Below are positions 48,950 to 61,611 of a stretch of DNA of 64,000 bases, one piece after another (positions within the stretch are counted from its first letter, which is position 1; each line of letters begins with the position of its first letter). Below the pieces are notes generated by a model. That model worked only from the letters and a program-made list of their open reading frames with translations, was not told the DNA's origin and made no database searches. A program made the translations under genes and the position numbers. The stretch is taken from assembly GCA_038087875.1 (NCBI GenBank), contig CM075977.1:164982001-165046000 (forward strand). Reading direction: 5' to 3'. This DNA comes from Malacoraja senta. Lineage: Eukaryota.

Positions 48950-50705
48950 TGGAGAGTTTAGAGGGATCTTTGGATCCAAGTCCATAACTCTGTGAATGTG
49001 GCTACAGAAATAGAAAGAGTGGTAAAGAAGGTATGGTATTCTTACCTTCATTGGTTGGGGCATTGAATGCAAGAGTCAGGAAGTCATACACCTTTAGAAG
49101 ACTTTGGAAGGCCACATTTGGAGCATTGCGTGCAATTCTTGTCTTCCCAATAAGGATGCGGGGGGTTTGGAAAGAGTTCAGAGGAGATTTACCAGAATGA
49201 TGCTGGGATTAAGGGGTATTGGCCACAAGGAGAGGTTGAACAGACTTGGATTGTTTTCTCTGGAACTCCTAACTGTTGGAAAAGAGATCTACTACGCATA
49301 TAAAATTATGAGAGGCATAGATAGGGTAGGCATTCAGAACATTTTTCTGCTTGGAAATATCAAATACTACAGGGCACAGCTTTAAAGGTGAGTGTGGCAA
49401 AGTTTAAAGATGCGCAAGGCGTTTATGCACAGGGTTATTTAAATACAGAGGGTGGTGAGTGATATTTAAGAGATTTCTAGACATTAGTTATGTAGGGAAT
49501 GGAGGGTTATGAATTATATGCAGACAGGTAAGAGTTGGTTTTGGCATCATGTTCGGCAGAGACATTTTGGGCCACAGGGCTCGTTCCTGTGCTCTACAGT
49601 TCTGTGATCTATGTAATGAGTTAATAGCACAAGAACACAGTAACCATTCTATGCAACCTAAAACATTATTTCAGCAATGTAAGAAAATAAACTCCAAAAC
49701 AGGAAGTGATTGAAATCTTTTGATTAGAATTAACAGATCAAGATCAGACCTGTTCAACAGATCATTGTTCAAATGCAGAAAGGCAGATATACAATTATTG
49801 TAAATTTAACATTATCACAGGTAAAGTCTATAAATCTCTTGTCAGAAGGTAACCACAGATGCCCACCCATTAGCAAATATGTCACACTCCATTCAGAACA
49901 CAACTGAGATTAAAGCATCTCCTAAAAGTCAAATAGTTTCGTGAGTAGCACACACGTTTCTTGATCACCATCTCCTCCAGTTCCACCAGCATGACTTTAT
50001 TTTAAGATTAATACCAATTTTTAATAGAATACCTCTGAAATCCATGCAAACCATTTCTACTCCTTTTTCCATACAGGGAGGCCACCAATTTGGGAGTGGA
50101 ACGAAGTTTCACCTACTACAGCGTTATCCAACCTTCAGACGGCAGAAAACCTTGAAAAGGCTCAAGAATGTCAGAGTGACTTTAGCTGGGATGTCCCCTT
50201 CATTTCATCAAAACAAAAACAAAAATGAGGATGATGTCACAAGTAACCTTTGCACTGCGAAACTGATCCTCACCAGCAAGAGAGAGTATAATCACCTACC
50301 CTTGATAAATCAACATTAACCATGCTTGCACATTTGCAGGTGCAGAAAAGATTCACATGGATGCAGTCAGGAGTGAAGGGCTTGAGTTGTAAGCAGAGAC
50401 TGGATAGCCTGGAATTGTTTTAGCTGGGCAAAGGACACTGATGGGATGACTTTGTAGAATCATAATAGGCACAGCTAAGATGAACTGTCGCAGTCTTTTT
50501 CCCCAGGGTATGGAGGTCTAACATAGAGGGCATAGGTGTAAGGGGGATTACGATGCAAATACAGAATGAGCTACCAGATGAAAATGGTAGAGGTGGAGAC
50601 AATTACAATGCCTAAGATATTTGGACAGGTACAGGAGGGGAAGATTTAGGGGGATATGGGGCAAATGGGACCAGCTCAGGAATGCACCTTGGCTGGCATG
50701 CACCC
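48950..50705 (+). mobile_element. Old CR1 fragments (48950-49615 and 50350-50705)
   Basis: ORF 49104-49385 (LERVQRRFTRMM..ERLNRLGLFSLE..YKIMRGIDRV). Confidence 0.75.
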
Positions 50706-51204
50706 CACTAGATTAATATCCCATCCACCAACTGAAACAATCATTCTTTCCATCACTGGCACACAAAATTCACTACTGTTACTTGCCTAGACAGTATCTC
50801 CCAAATCCACAACTCTAGCACTCCACAAACACAGTAGGCATAAAAAACATCAGCACCTATAAGTTTCCCTCCAAGTCACACGATAATGATCTGAATATAT
50901 AATGCTCACCATCACCTTAAAGGACAATTAAAGCTGGGCAAAAATAAATGCCAATGACATCCACATCGCCAAAATTATGTAAAGTGTTTTAAAAAAGGAC
51001 ATATTTGGAGACTTCCAGGGAATAATGAAACTTGTCCTGTCTGCTGTGAACATGAAAAGAGGCCCAAATCCTAGGAACAAAAACAGAGGGGACTAATTAC
51101 ATCATGGAGGTATCCATCTTTCCAATTAAGCTGAAGGAATATAATAGTCTCTCACAATGGAACAGCTTTTATTGGTACCTGCAGAGTACCTGTGTTTAGT
51201 CTGA

Positions 51205-51750
51205 AGGGATTTGGGACACTTTAATCCTTCATCTCACTCCCATGCATCTGCCTATGGACTCCTATACTGTTTTGACAAGGCCCAAGTTGTGCTCGAGGTA
51301 CATTGCAGCCTTGCAAACGCCATAATGAATCCAACAATTTTTGATAACTTGGTTTTGCTGTCTGTAACAGGACTGGCAAATTTCATTGAGGATTATTTAT
51401 CTGTAATATTCTGTTCTGTTTCCTCTCTGCAAACACTAGGCATTTCCTACAACTCTCACCTGCATTTCACAGCTTTACGGGTTATTTTCTTTGTTTTCTC
51501 CCTCCAACTGCCCTGATTAATCTATCACTCACTTAATTTCACCAAAAACTCTACGATCACCACTACGATCCTAACCTCATCCCATCAAGACATATTCCCT
51601 TTGTCCTATACAATACTGCAAGCCTCTGACTGTTTCTGAAATTTAAACTTAGCTTAGTTATAGATTTCACTCCCAGTACTGATCAAGGGTGTTTAACCTG
51701 AAACATTAAACTTTACACAGATGTTACTTAACTGCTGACAGTTTCCAGCC
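51205..51750 (+). mobile_element. Old Penelope-like 3' fragment
   Basis: HFNPSSHSH..GLLYC remnant (ORF 51211) and a degenerate pLTR (CTGATCAAGGG..GAAAC near 51679). Confidence 0.55.
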
Positions 51751-52849
51751 TTCACTCACTTCCTTTGGGATGCAAGCCCTTGCTACATATCTAAGGCAAC
51801 TATTCACACCCTCGAACTGTACCCAGCTGATACTAGCTAGATAAAAATGTCCTAAATTGGCATCAACGGGGTTTGAAAAGTCAGTTTGTAGAAGATATTA
51901 CTGCGCAGTGAGGACATGTGCTCAAAGACTAGAAAAGGTTGTGATTTAGGTCAGAGGACGATTTCTACTAAGCATGTACCCAAATATCACCATGTGAATT
52001 ATTGCCAACCATTTGGTTTATTACGTATTACTGCAGAACAGATGTCAGAAACTTGGTTATTTATTCCTATGCAGAAAGGTTGGTTACTTATCCTTCAGCA
52101 TTCATAGAGATTGTGACAGTGTGATCTATCATTTATTTCTAAGAAATTAATCATCCCACCAATAACATTGATGACTATCAGCCTTCGTTTCTGACAAGTT
52201 ACAATTCAAGCTGCTCAGGCAATGATTAGCTCACCATTCGTGTTGAGTTATTAAGTTAGCTATTCACAGGAGATTTCACAACTTCACACTGGCACAAATA
52301 TATCAAGGCACTTGTGCAGATTACAAGTGGAAATGGGTTATCCACTTGATTATATGGAGCAAAAAGTTCAAAAATTAACTTAAGCAAGATATATATTACT
52401 TTTCACTCCCTAGTCTGCCCCAATAGTTTTATTGTATTTTGTACATTAATCACAGTTGTAATAAAAAAAAGCCAATTTGCACATAGCAAGATTCCATAAA
52501 CAGTAATCCAGAATCCAGAATCCAGAAATGTTGACCAACATGATGGCTGATCTCACCCCTTTATTTTAAAAACACCGACAAATGGAATTAGCCACTGAGT
52601 ATATTCAAAGTAGCCATTAGGGCACGAAGGAATCAAACATGGAATCTGAACAGGGAAAGCATTGTAGAAATTCCACTGAGATCTAACTGAATGGAAGAGC
52701 AAGCCCAAGAATTCAAACTGAAAGCTCCGGTTCAAGAGATTTGTTTTACACCAAAAATAAACTGCAGTATTTCAAAAGTCTTTCTCACCAACATTACAAT
52801 CGCACCAATAAAAGCAAATAAATGTTTGAGGCGGGCTAATGGGGACAAT

Positions 52850-53365
52850 TAACTGCAGATGCTGGTATCTTGAGCAAAACAAAGTACTGGAGGAACTCAG
52901 GTCAGGTAACACCCGAGCAGGGAATGGTCAGACAACATTTTGGGTTGGGACCCTTTTTCAGATTGTTTGTCATAGGGGGACCTGCTGATTGTCGTCTCTT
53001 TTACTCCTCCTGTAACCATGAGCACTCACACGTCCACTACTATACCTGGCTTTTTTGACGAGTTCGTTGAACAGTCCGTGATCCAAATGTACCCCAGCAG
53101 CATTCCCCAACTCATTCTCCACTACATCAATTACTTCATAGGAGCTGCCTCCTCCACCCTGGCAAAACTCATTGATTTCATCAACTTTCCTAACTTTCAC
53201 CCCACCCCCAAATTCACTTGACCATCTCTTGAAACGTCTCTCTCCTTTTTTCACCCCACCCCCAAATTCACTTGACCATCTCTTGAAACGTCTCTCTCCT
53301 TTTTTCTTGATAGTCTTCATCATAAGGGACAGATTATCGAAAGACGTCTACTACAAACCTACAAG
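52850..53365 (+). mobile_element. Penelope-like RT fragment with an inverted 5' pLTR piece
   Basis: VTMSTH..FVEQSV..PQLILHYINYFIGAAS..NFHPTPKFT..DRLSKDVYYKPT (degenerate RYIDD and YxKPT motifs); inverted pLTR at 52850-52962. Confidence 0.75.
53195..53302. repeat. Perfect 54-bp tandem duplication
   Basis: TTTCACCCCACCCCCAAATTCACTTGACCATCTCTTGAAACGTCTCTCTCCTTT occurs twice. Confidence 0.95.
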
Positions 53366-53915
53366 ATCGAAGCTGAAGATGAAATGTCTTCTGTGAATGA
53401 CTGCTGCAACTCAAGTGTACTTAAGGAAAAAAATTAGAGGAAGGTGTGGAGGGTTGGTTGTTGTGAAACTCACTCAAGTCAACAACACAACTTCCTCCAA
53501 GAGACCAATGAGAGCTCCACCCTGTGGTGGAGCTACATACTTCTAGAATCCCTTTCCATAACATCCATTTTCTTACTTCTGTGCCTTTTGATCTTTCGTC
53601 TTTTAAAAACTTCAGCTTCATTACTTTAAAGTTGATGTACTGCCTGGGAAACTGAAATGTTTTACATTTGAATACTGCTCCATTAATGAAATTGGTTTGT
53701 CCCATTTGGAAATTATTATTATTATACTGCTTTAAATGTGCAATTTACAGACAGACTTAATATTCAGTGTTTCTCCCAGAAGTGTAACACAAAGAACACC
53801 AGAAGTGAGCCACCTGTCTCTCAAACCTCTTCAGCCATTTAATCAGATCACAGATGACCCCCATGGCTCAAATTCAACTTTCTGCCTGTTCACAGTCCAA
53901 ACTTTTACTGATCTT

Positions 53916-54229
53916 CAGGGCTTTCACTTACATTTTTTTCCCCGTTGCCAGCTGGGCAACCTAGGCAGCTTTTTAGGTTGCCAAATGACAGTTTAGGTGG
54001 TAATTTAAGACGGCTTGCATGATGCGTGCGATAATGTGCTCGGACGAAGTGCGTAGTTACCAGTTGGAATTATGCTCAATGAAGCATTCACATATTATTT
54101 CTGCTTCAAATAAAGTCACAAACTAAACATATTCACCAATCAAGACATGATATATACCACAATGACATGCAGCAAAATTATAATACAGTATCTCAACTCT
54201 TTTTACACATTGTAATTAATGCAATTTCT
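53916..54229. mobile_element. Possible DNA transposon end (CAGGGCT terminus) running into the gap
   Basis: hAT-like CAGGG start and a shift to CpG-containing sequence; the other end is not visible. Confidence 0.3.
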
Positions 54230-54429
54230 NNNNNNNNNNNNNNNNNNNNNNNNNNNNNNNNNNNNNNNNNNNNNNNNNNNNNNNNNNNNNNNNNNNNNNN
54301 NNNNNNNNNNNNNNNNNNNNNNNNNNNNNNNNNNNNNNNNNNNNNNNNNNNNNNNNNNNNNNNNNNNNNNNNNNNNNNNNNNNNNNNNNNNNNNNNNNNN
54401 NNNNNNNNNNNNNNNNNNNNNNNNNNNNN
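54230..54429. other. Assembly gap (200 N)
   Basis: Run of N. Confidence 1.
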
Positions 54430-54802
54430 TCCAGCTTTTTGTGTCTATCTTAAGTTTAAACCAGCATCTGCAGTTCCTTCCTACACTCTTTGTTAAGAGA
54501 AATGGGTCCTATTCTCATAATATTGTTCACCTCAACTAAGTCTTTTCGTTACAACAGTTGCTGCAGAGAATACAATCCCAGTTATCAAATCTTTCTTCAA
54601 AGTGAAAAAAAAAAATTCCAGCCCGGCCAACATCTTCATAAATCGCCCGCGGTCCTCTCCAGAGCAATTGCACCCTTTCTACAATGTGTCATAGTCTTAC
54701 ATCGTGGAAACAGGCCCTTCATCCCAACTTGTCCCTGCAGATCAAGATGCCCCATCTAAACTGGTCCCATTTAGCCGCATTTGGCCCATATCCCTTTAAA
54801 CC

Positions 54803-55300
54803 TTGTGTGTGCCAGTGTGTGTGTGTCAGTGTGTATATAAGGGTGTGTCAGTGTGTGTGTGTAAGTGTGCATGTGAGGGTTTGTGTGTAAGGGTGCATGT
54901 GATGTGTGTGCGCGCCAGTGTGTCTGAGGGTGTGTGTGTGCGAGGGTGTGTGTGCCAGGTTGTGTGCGAGAGTGTCAGGTTATGTGTGAGTGTGTGTGTC
55001 AGGTTGTGTCTGAGAGTGTACATCAGGTTGTGTGTGTGTGTGTGTGTGTGTCAGGTTGTGTGTGAGAGTGTGGGTGTGTGTGTCAGAGTGGGTGTGTGAG
55101 GGTACGTGTGTAAGGATGTGTGTGTGTAAGGGTGCATGTGAGGGTGTGTGTGTGTGCATGTGAGTGTGTGTGCGCGCCAGAGCGTGTGTGTGTAAGGTTG
55201 TGTCAGTGAGTGTGTGTGTGTGTGTGTGCGCCAGTGTGTGCGTGAGTGCTTGCGTGCATCAGTGTGCATGTGTGTGGTGTGTGAGAGTGTGTCAGTGAAG
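54803..55300. repeat. Degenerate (TG)n microsatellite
   Basis: About 500 nt of interrupted TG repeats. Confidence 0.95.
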
Positions 55301-55582
55301 CGGCGACAACACCCGGAGTGAGCAGCAATTCGGAGATTGGCGACATCCGGGGAGCGTTTCCCTCTTCCACACGCACCACCCCCCCCCCAGGGAATGTGGG
55401 CCCGCCCAGGTGCTGTGTTCAGCTGGGGTCAGGGGGAGGTGAGGGTCAGTGACCCGGGGGTCAGGCATTGGAGCGGGGCCTTAGCCCGAGATTCATTCCC
55501 ACTGCTCCAGAGGCGGCACCGACGCCCACACTCATCCGCTCCGCTCCTAGCTCCAGGCCGGGGTTAAAACTCCATGGGGTGT

Positions 55583-56930
55583 TAGGCTGTGAGCCGAGCA
55601 TCGAACATGTCTAGAATTTAATTTTCGTGACCCATGTCTGGGATCTACTTGAAATTTGGCAGATTTAGATAAAATATAATTGAGAAGGAAGTCATAACTC
55701 GTCAGTGCCAAAAGTTGCACATTAATTAATTAAACTAATTAGAAAATGAGATCAAAAAACCACCATCTAGTGTTCAATGCTCATATTACTCCATGGGAAA
55801 CCTAATTCCATGCTGTTGTCTATTTAAACCATACATTATTATACCATATGGTATAATATGACGTGAATATGAATGGAATTATATATAATCATATTAGAAA
55901 AAAAAATAATAAATATAATTGTGGGTGTGTATTTTGAATGAGACTGCTGCAGAGGTCTGGCTCCTGAACCCACCTAATTAAGTGGCGAGGGCAGTTTTTG
56001 TGGGTTCCCCCGTTTACTGAACCCCATAGACTGCCAGTGTGCAGAGTGGGGGGGTCACAGCAGTAGTAGGACTGGGGCAGTGCCAGGCTGGGGGAAGGCT
56101 TAAGGCATCTTCCACTGAGAGCAAAATGCCTAACCCTAACTCAACCCCCTTCCAGAGTTGCCCACGGCTGGAGCTGGAGCCGCTTAGGGACCGGCTGTGG
56201 GCTCCGTATGTGTGGCCGCTCAGAGCGTCCACCTCGGTCAGCATGCCCTTCTGGACCATCATGGTGGTGATGGTGGGGAGCACGTCGCCCGGGCTGCCTT
56301 CAGCACCCCCATAGCGCCGGCTCGCTGCAACACCGGCCAGCCGGCAGCGTGACCGTCCCATCGCATCACTCACTGACAGCCCGACCGACCCCTCGCAGCA
56401 CTCACCGGTGGCCCGACAGTCCAACCGATCCTTCATAGGATCCACCGGTCTACCGTCAGCCCGACCGATCCTTCACAGCACTCACCGGCAGGCTGACAGC
56501 CCGACCAACCCCTAGCAGCACTCACCGGCAGCCCGACAGATCCTTCACAGCACTCACTGGCGGGCTGACAGCCCGACTGACGCTAATCCTAACCCTACAT
56601 TTTTATTTATCATTTTTATTTAACATTTCACATCATAACTTTACAAAGATAAATCAATTGTAAAACAAAATTATCAGCAAGGTTAGCATTACCGATATTC
56701 CTTCGAAACCTTTCTATTGTTTTGATGTAATTCGGATGCAGCCATGATCCCACTGTGCTCGCTGCCTAGCTACCATGAAACACAGCGCGTTATTAGTCAA
56801 TTGGCGTCCGACACAATGTCAAACGTGCATTGATTGGACAATTACTACTCAGAAAAGTTGAGGTTCTCATATTTTAAAAATATGTGCAGGTTTTGTTCTC
56901 GACGAGTTTCAGGTATGATTTATATAATAT
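55583..56930. mobile_element. Second copy of the same hAT-like element, lacking the right TIR
   Basis: Starts TAGGCTGTGAGCCGAG; collinear with 57834-58140, 58295-58391, 59719-59781 and 61612-61820; has a GC-rich interior (about 55900-56580) absent from the other copy. Confidence 0.8.
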
Positions 56931-57281
56931 TTATATAAACCTAGTGCAGGGATTGTATATTCCACCAAATTAGGTTCAAGATCAACAAGCTGGTGCGCGT
57001 AGTAATTAATCCATTCTTTTAAAGACACAGAATAAAAGCTGCTTAAGACTCTTATGAACCAAAGTGTAAATAATGCAAGTCATAAGTCCATTCATTACTT
57101 TCAAGTAGCAAGAATCACAAAGAAAGATTAATGTACAGTCCAAGTGTTCGCTTTAATGGTGCGATAAACTACTTTAAACAATTTATTTCATTTAGTGCCA
57201 CAAATGACACTCAAGTCATCTAGAACCAAGTTGTGGAGTCCCCTTCCAAAACACTCTCATTTTAAGAATCTTTTCAACTAA

Positions 57282-57765
57282 AGGGCCTGTCCCACGAGCA
57301 TGCGACTAGCGCGACCTAACGTGGTCGCACTAGCCGTACGGCCTCGCAGGGCCGGTCCCACTTCGATCGCCGGAGCCGTATGGAGTTGTGGGGAGCTGGT
57401 CCCGACACCGCGCGGAGCTAAATGACGTCACCACACTGTCCAAAAATTCCGCGCGCCAACGGCCTGCCGGCCCGCTGCCGCATTGAGGCCGTACGCACCG
57501 CCTCAACACCGTATGCGTCTTGCCGGCGCGTGGCGTTGCGCAATGACGTCACCGCCCGGCGTGCCGTTGTGTGATGACATAACCGCCCGACGCCATGCGA
57601 CGTCCAAATTCAGTCAGCCCGCCTCCTGTAAGCTGATTGGTGAGTATGATGTCGGGACCAGCTCCATACAGCTCCGCGGTTGGAAGTGGGACCAGCCCCG
57701 CGAGGCCGTACACCTCAAGCCACCACGTTTGGTCGCGCTCGCCGCATGCTGGTGGGACAGGCCCT
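57282..57765. mobile_element. PIF/Harbinger-type MITE
   Basis: Termini AGGGCCTGTCCCAC...GTGGGACAGGCCCT, imperfect inverted arms of about 115-125 nt, TAA TSD (57279-57281 and 57766-57768), CpG-rich. Confidence 0.85.
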
Positions 57766-58143
57766 TAAAGAGAACAACATAAAGAGGCTTCAAGGGAATA
57801 GGGATAAGCAAGTGCGAACATAGCAAATAGAATTAGGCTGTGGGCCGAGCATCCAAAATGTGTCTAGAATTTAACTTTCGTGACCTATGTCTGGGAACTA
57901 CTTGAAATTTTGCAGATTTAGATAGAATATAATTGAAAAGGAAGTCATAACTCGTCAGTGCCAAAGGTTGCACATTAATTAAGCTAATTAGAAAATGAGA
58001 TCGAAAAAGTATGCACCATCTAGTGCTCAATGCTCATATTATACCATGGAGAGCCCATTTCCGTGTTGCAGTCTATTTAAACCATATATTATTATACCAT
58101 ATATCATATATATGACATGAATATGACTAATTATATATAATTA

Positions 58144-58293
58144 CTAGACTAAGTGGGACCCGTTGGGTCCCAGCTTCACACGGGAGGGCTGGTTCCCCAA
58201 TGCAATATTCCACCTCTCCACCAATTCCAATATTGCTGGCCAGTGGGGGGGGGGGGGGGGGGCTTTCTGGAGCGCTAGTGTATGTGTTGTGGG
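58144..58293 (-). mobile_element. Helitron 3'-end fragment inside a hAT-like element
   Basis: Minus strand reads GGGACCC-AAC-GGGTCCC-ACTTAGT-CTAG/T, the same layout as the 32533-32561 terminus. Confidence 0.7.
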
Positions 58294-58391
58294 ACCCTAA
58301 TCCTAATCATAACCCCAGCTCTACATTTATTATTTATCATTTTCATTTAACAGTTCACATCATAACTTTACAAAGATAAATCAATTGTTAA

Positions 58392-59718
58392 GCACATTTG
58401 GAAAGTGGTGAAATCATTGGACAAAGTCAGCATGGATTTACGAAAGGTAAATCATGTCTGACGAATCTTATAGAATTTTTCGAGGATGTAACTAGTAGCG
58501 TGGATAGGGGAGAACCAGTGGATGTGGTGTATCTGGACTTCCAGAAGGCTTTCGACAAGGTCCCACATAAGAGATTAGTATACAAACTTAAAGCACATGG
58601 CATTGGGGGTTCAGTATTGATGTGGATAGAGAACTGGCTGGCAAACAGGAAGCAAAGAGTAGGAGTAAACGGGTCCTTTTCACAATGGCAGGCAGTGACT
58701 AGTGGGGTACCGCAAGGCTCAGTGCTGGGACCCCAGCTATTTACAATATATATTAATGACCTGGATGAGGGAATTGAAGGCAATATCTCCAAGTTTGCGG
58801 ATGACACTAAGCTGGGGGGCAGTGTTAGCTGTGAGGAGGATGCTAGGAGACTGCAAGGTGACTTGGATAGGCTGGGTGAGTGGGAAAATGTTTGGCAGAT
58901 GCAGTATAATGTGGATAAATGTGAGGTTATCCATTTTGGTGGCAAAAACAGGAAAGCAGACTATTTTCTAAATGGTGGCCGACTAGGAAAAGGGGAGATG
59001 CAGCGAGACCTGGGTGTCATGGTACACCAGTCATTGAAAGTAGGCATGCAGGTGCAGCAGGCAGTGAAGAAAGCGAATGGTATGTTAGCTTTCATAGCAA
59101 AAGGATTTGAGTATAGGAGCAGGGAGGTTCTACTGCAGTTGTACAGGGTCTTGGTGAGACCACACCTGGAGTATTGCGTGCAGTTTTGGTCTCCAAATCT
59201 GAGGAAGGACATTATTGCCATAGGAGGGAGTGCAGAGGTTCACCAGACTGATTCCTGGGATGTCAGGACTGTCTTATGAAGAAAGACTGGATAGACTTGG
59301 TTTATACTCTCTAGAATTTAGGAGATTGAGAGGGGATCTTATAGAAACTTACAAAATTCTTAAGGGGTTGGACAGGCTAGATGCAGGAAGATTGCTCCCG
59401 ATGTTGGGGAAGTCCAGGACAAGGGGTCACAGCTTAAGGATAAGGGGGAAATCCTTTAAAACCGAGATGAGAAGAACTTTTTTCACACAGAGTGGTGAAT
59501 CTCTGGAACTCTCTGCCACAGAGGGTAGTCGAGGCCAGTTCATTGGTTATATTTAAGAGGGAGCTAGATGTGGCCCTTGTGGCTAAAGGGATCAGAGGGT
59601 ATGGAGAGAAGGCAGGTACGGGATACTGAGTTGGATGATCAGCCATGATCATATTGAATGGCGGTGCAGGCTCGAAGGGCCGAATGGCCTACTCCTGCAC
59701 CTAATTTCTATGTTTCTA
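58392..59718 (+). mobile_element. CR1/HER1 LINE, young, inserted in the hAT-like element
   Basis: ORFs 58398-59279 and 59230-59556; tail present; apparent TSD TGTTAA (58386-58391 and 59719-59724). Confidence 0.95.
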
Positions 59719-59781
59719 TGTTAAAACAAAATTATCGGCAACGTTAGCATTATCTTTATTCCTTCGAAACCCTGCTATTGT

Positions 59782-61611
59782 AGACTTGGCAATGTTCGGG
59801 GACTCGGCAACGGACCTGAATGAATACGCCACAGTCGTTACAGACTTCATAAGGAAATGTGTGGAGGACTGCGTTCCAACAAAAACCTTCTGAGTGTTTC
59901 CTAACCAGAAGCCTTGGATGAACATGAGATCCGCATTCTTCTGAAGGCAAGATTCCAGGCATTCAGGTCTGGCGATGTAGACGTCTATAAGAAGTCCAGA
60001 TACGACCTTGGTAAGGCCATCAAAAAGGCCAAAAGGGACTTCCGCTCTACGCTGGAGGATGAGACGGATGTTCGGCAACTGTGGCAGGGCCTAAATGCCA
60101 TCACCTCCTACAAGGCAAAATCAGGAGTCGGCTCAAACGACAGCGAAGCATCACTCCCTGACGAGCTCAATGCGTTATACGCATGGTTCGGTAGGGAGAA
60201 CACTGATGTGCCTTCCCGAGTCCTTATTCGCCCTGACGGTGTTACAGTCATAGTCACAGAGGCCAACGTCAGAAGATCCTTCAGGGGGGTGAACCCTCGG
60301 AAAGCGCCTGGACCTGATGGTATACCCGGCCATGTTCTAAAAACCTGTGCGGTCCAACTTGCTGGAGTTTTTACAGACATTTTCAACCTCTCACTTCTGA
60401 GGTCTGAGGTTCCCACCTGCTTTAAGAGGGCATCAATAATACCGGTGCCCAAGAAGAGTAAGGTAATGTGCCTCAATGACTATCGACCAGTGGCACTAAC
60501 GTCTGTGGTGATGAAGTGCTTTGAGAGGTTGGTTATGGTGCACATCAACTCCTACCTCAACATGAACCTCGACCAACTACAGTTCACATACCGCCACAAC
60601 AGGTCAACAGTAGATGCAATTTCACTGGCTCTCCACTCCGCACTGGACCACTTGGGCAAATAAAATACCTACGTCAGGCTGTTGTTTATAGACTACAGCT
60701 CGGCGCTTAATACCATCATCCCTTCCAAGCTGGTTACCAAGTTCACGGAACTGGGCCTCTGCGCATCCCTCTGCAATTGGATCCTCGACTTCCTCATCCA
60801 CAGACCAGTCTGTTCGAATTGGAGGAACCACTTCATCCTCAGTAACAATTAGTACGGGAGCACCTCAAGGCTGCGTGCTCAGCCCCCTGCTTTACTCACT
60901 CTATAGCCATGACTGCGTAGCCGGTCATAGTGCGAACTCCATCATCAAGTTCGCCGATGACACCACTGTGGTTGGACGAATCACGGATGGGGACGAGTCA
61001 GAGTATAGAAGTGAGATCGACCGACTGACCAAATAGTGCCAGCACAACAACCTGGCTCTCAACATCAGTAAGACCAAGGAACTGATTGTGGACTTTAGTA
61101 GGGGAAGGATGCGGACCCACAATCCTGTATATATCAATGGGACGATAGTGGAGAGGGTCAATAACTTCAAATTCCTGGGCGTGCATACATCAGAAGATCT
61201 TTTGCTGGACCCAGCACACCGATGCAAGTGTAAAGAAGGCACATCAGCGACTCTACTTCCTGAGAAGATTATGGAGATTCGGCATTTCAAAGAGGATTCT
61301 CCTAAACCTCTACAGGTGCATGGCAGAGAGCATTCTGACTGGTTGCATCGTGGCCTGGTTCGGCAACTTGAACATCCAGGAGCGAAAAAGACTACAAAAA
61401 GTTGTGACCATTGCCCACAAACACAACGAATAAGCTATGAGCTCTGAACAGCAAAAGACTATTATTATTATTTATTTGCACTATATTTGTTATTTATTGA
61501 ACTTTTTCTTTTTTCCCCCCGCTCTATACAATGTTTACATTTTCTTTTGTGCTGCAAGTAAGAATTTCATTGTCCCGTCTGGGACATATGACAATAAAAC
61601 ACTCTCTTGAC
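59782..61611 (+). mobile_element. Rex1/Babar-clade LINE, 5'-truncated and disrupted
   Basis: ORF 59914-60663 (VNPRKAPGPDGIPG..FTDIFNLSL..IIPVPKK..LNDYRPVALTSVVMKCFERLV), then [24 protein letters not shown] and KFADD; 3' AATAAA and a (CTTGA)-like tail. Confidence 0.9.

Noticed and set aside
54803-55269. CV- and HT-rich ORFs
   Set aside because: Translations of the (TG)n microsatellite.
56365-56580. CRISPR-like repeat array
   Set aside because: Degenerate minisatellite without unique spacers, in eukaryotic DNA with no cas genes.
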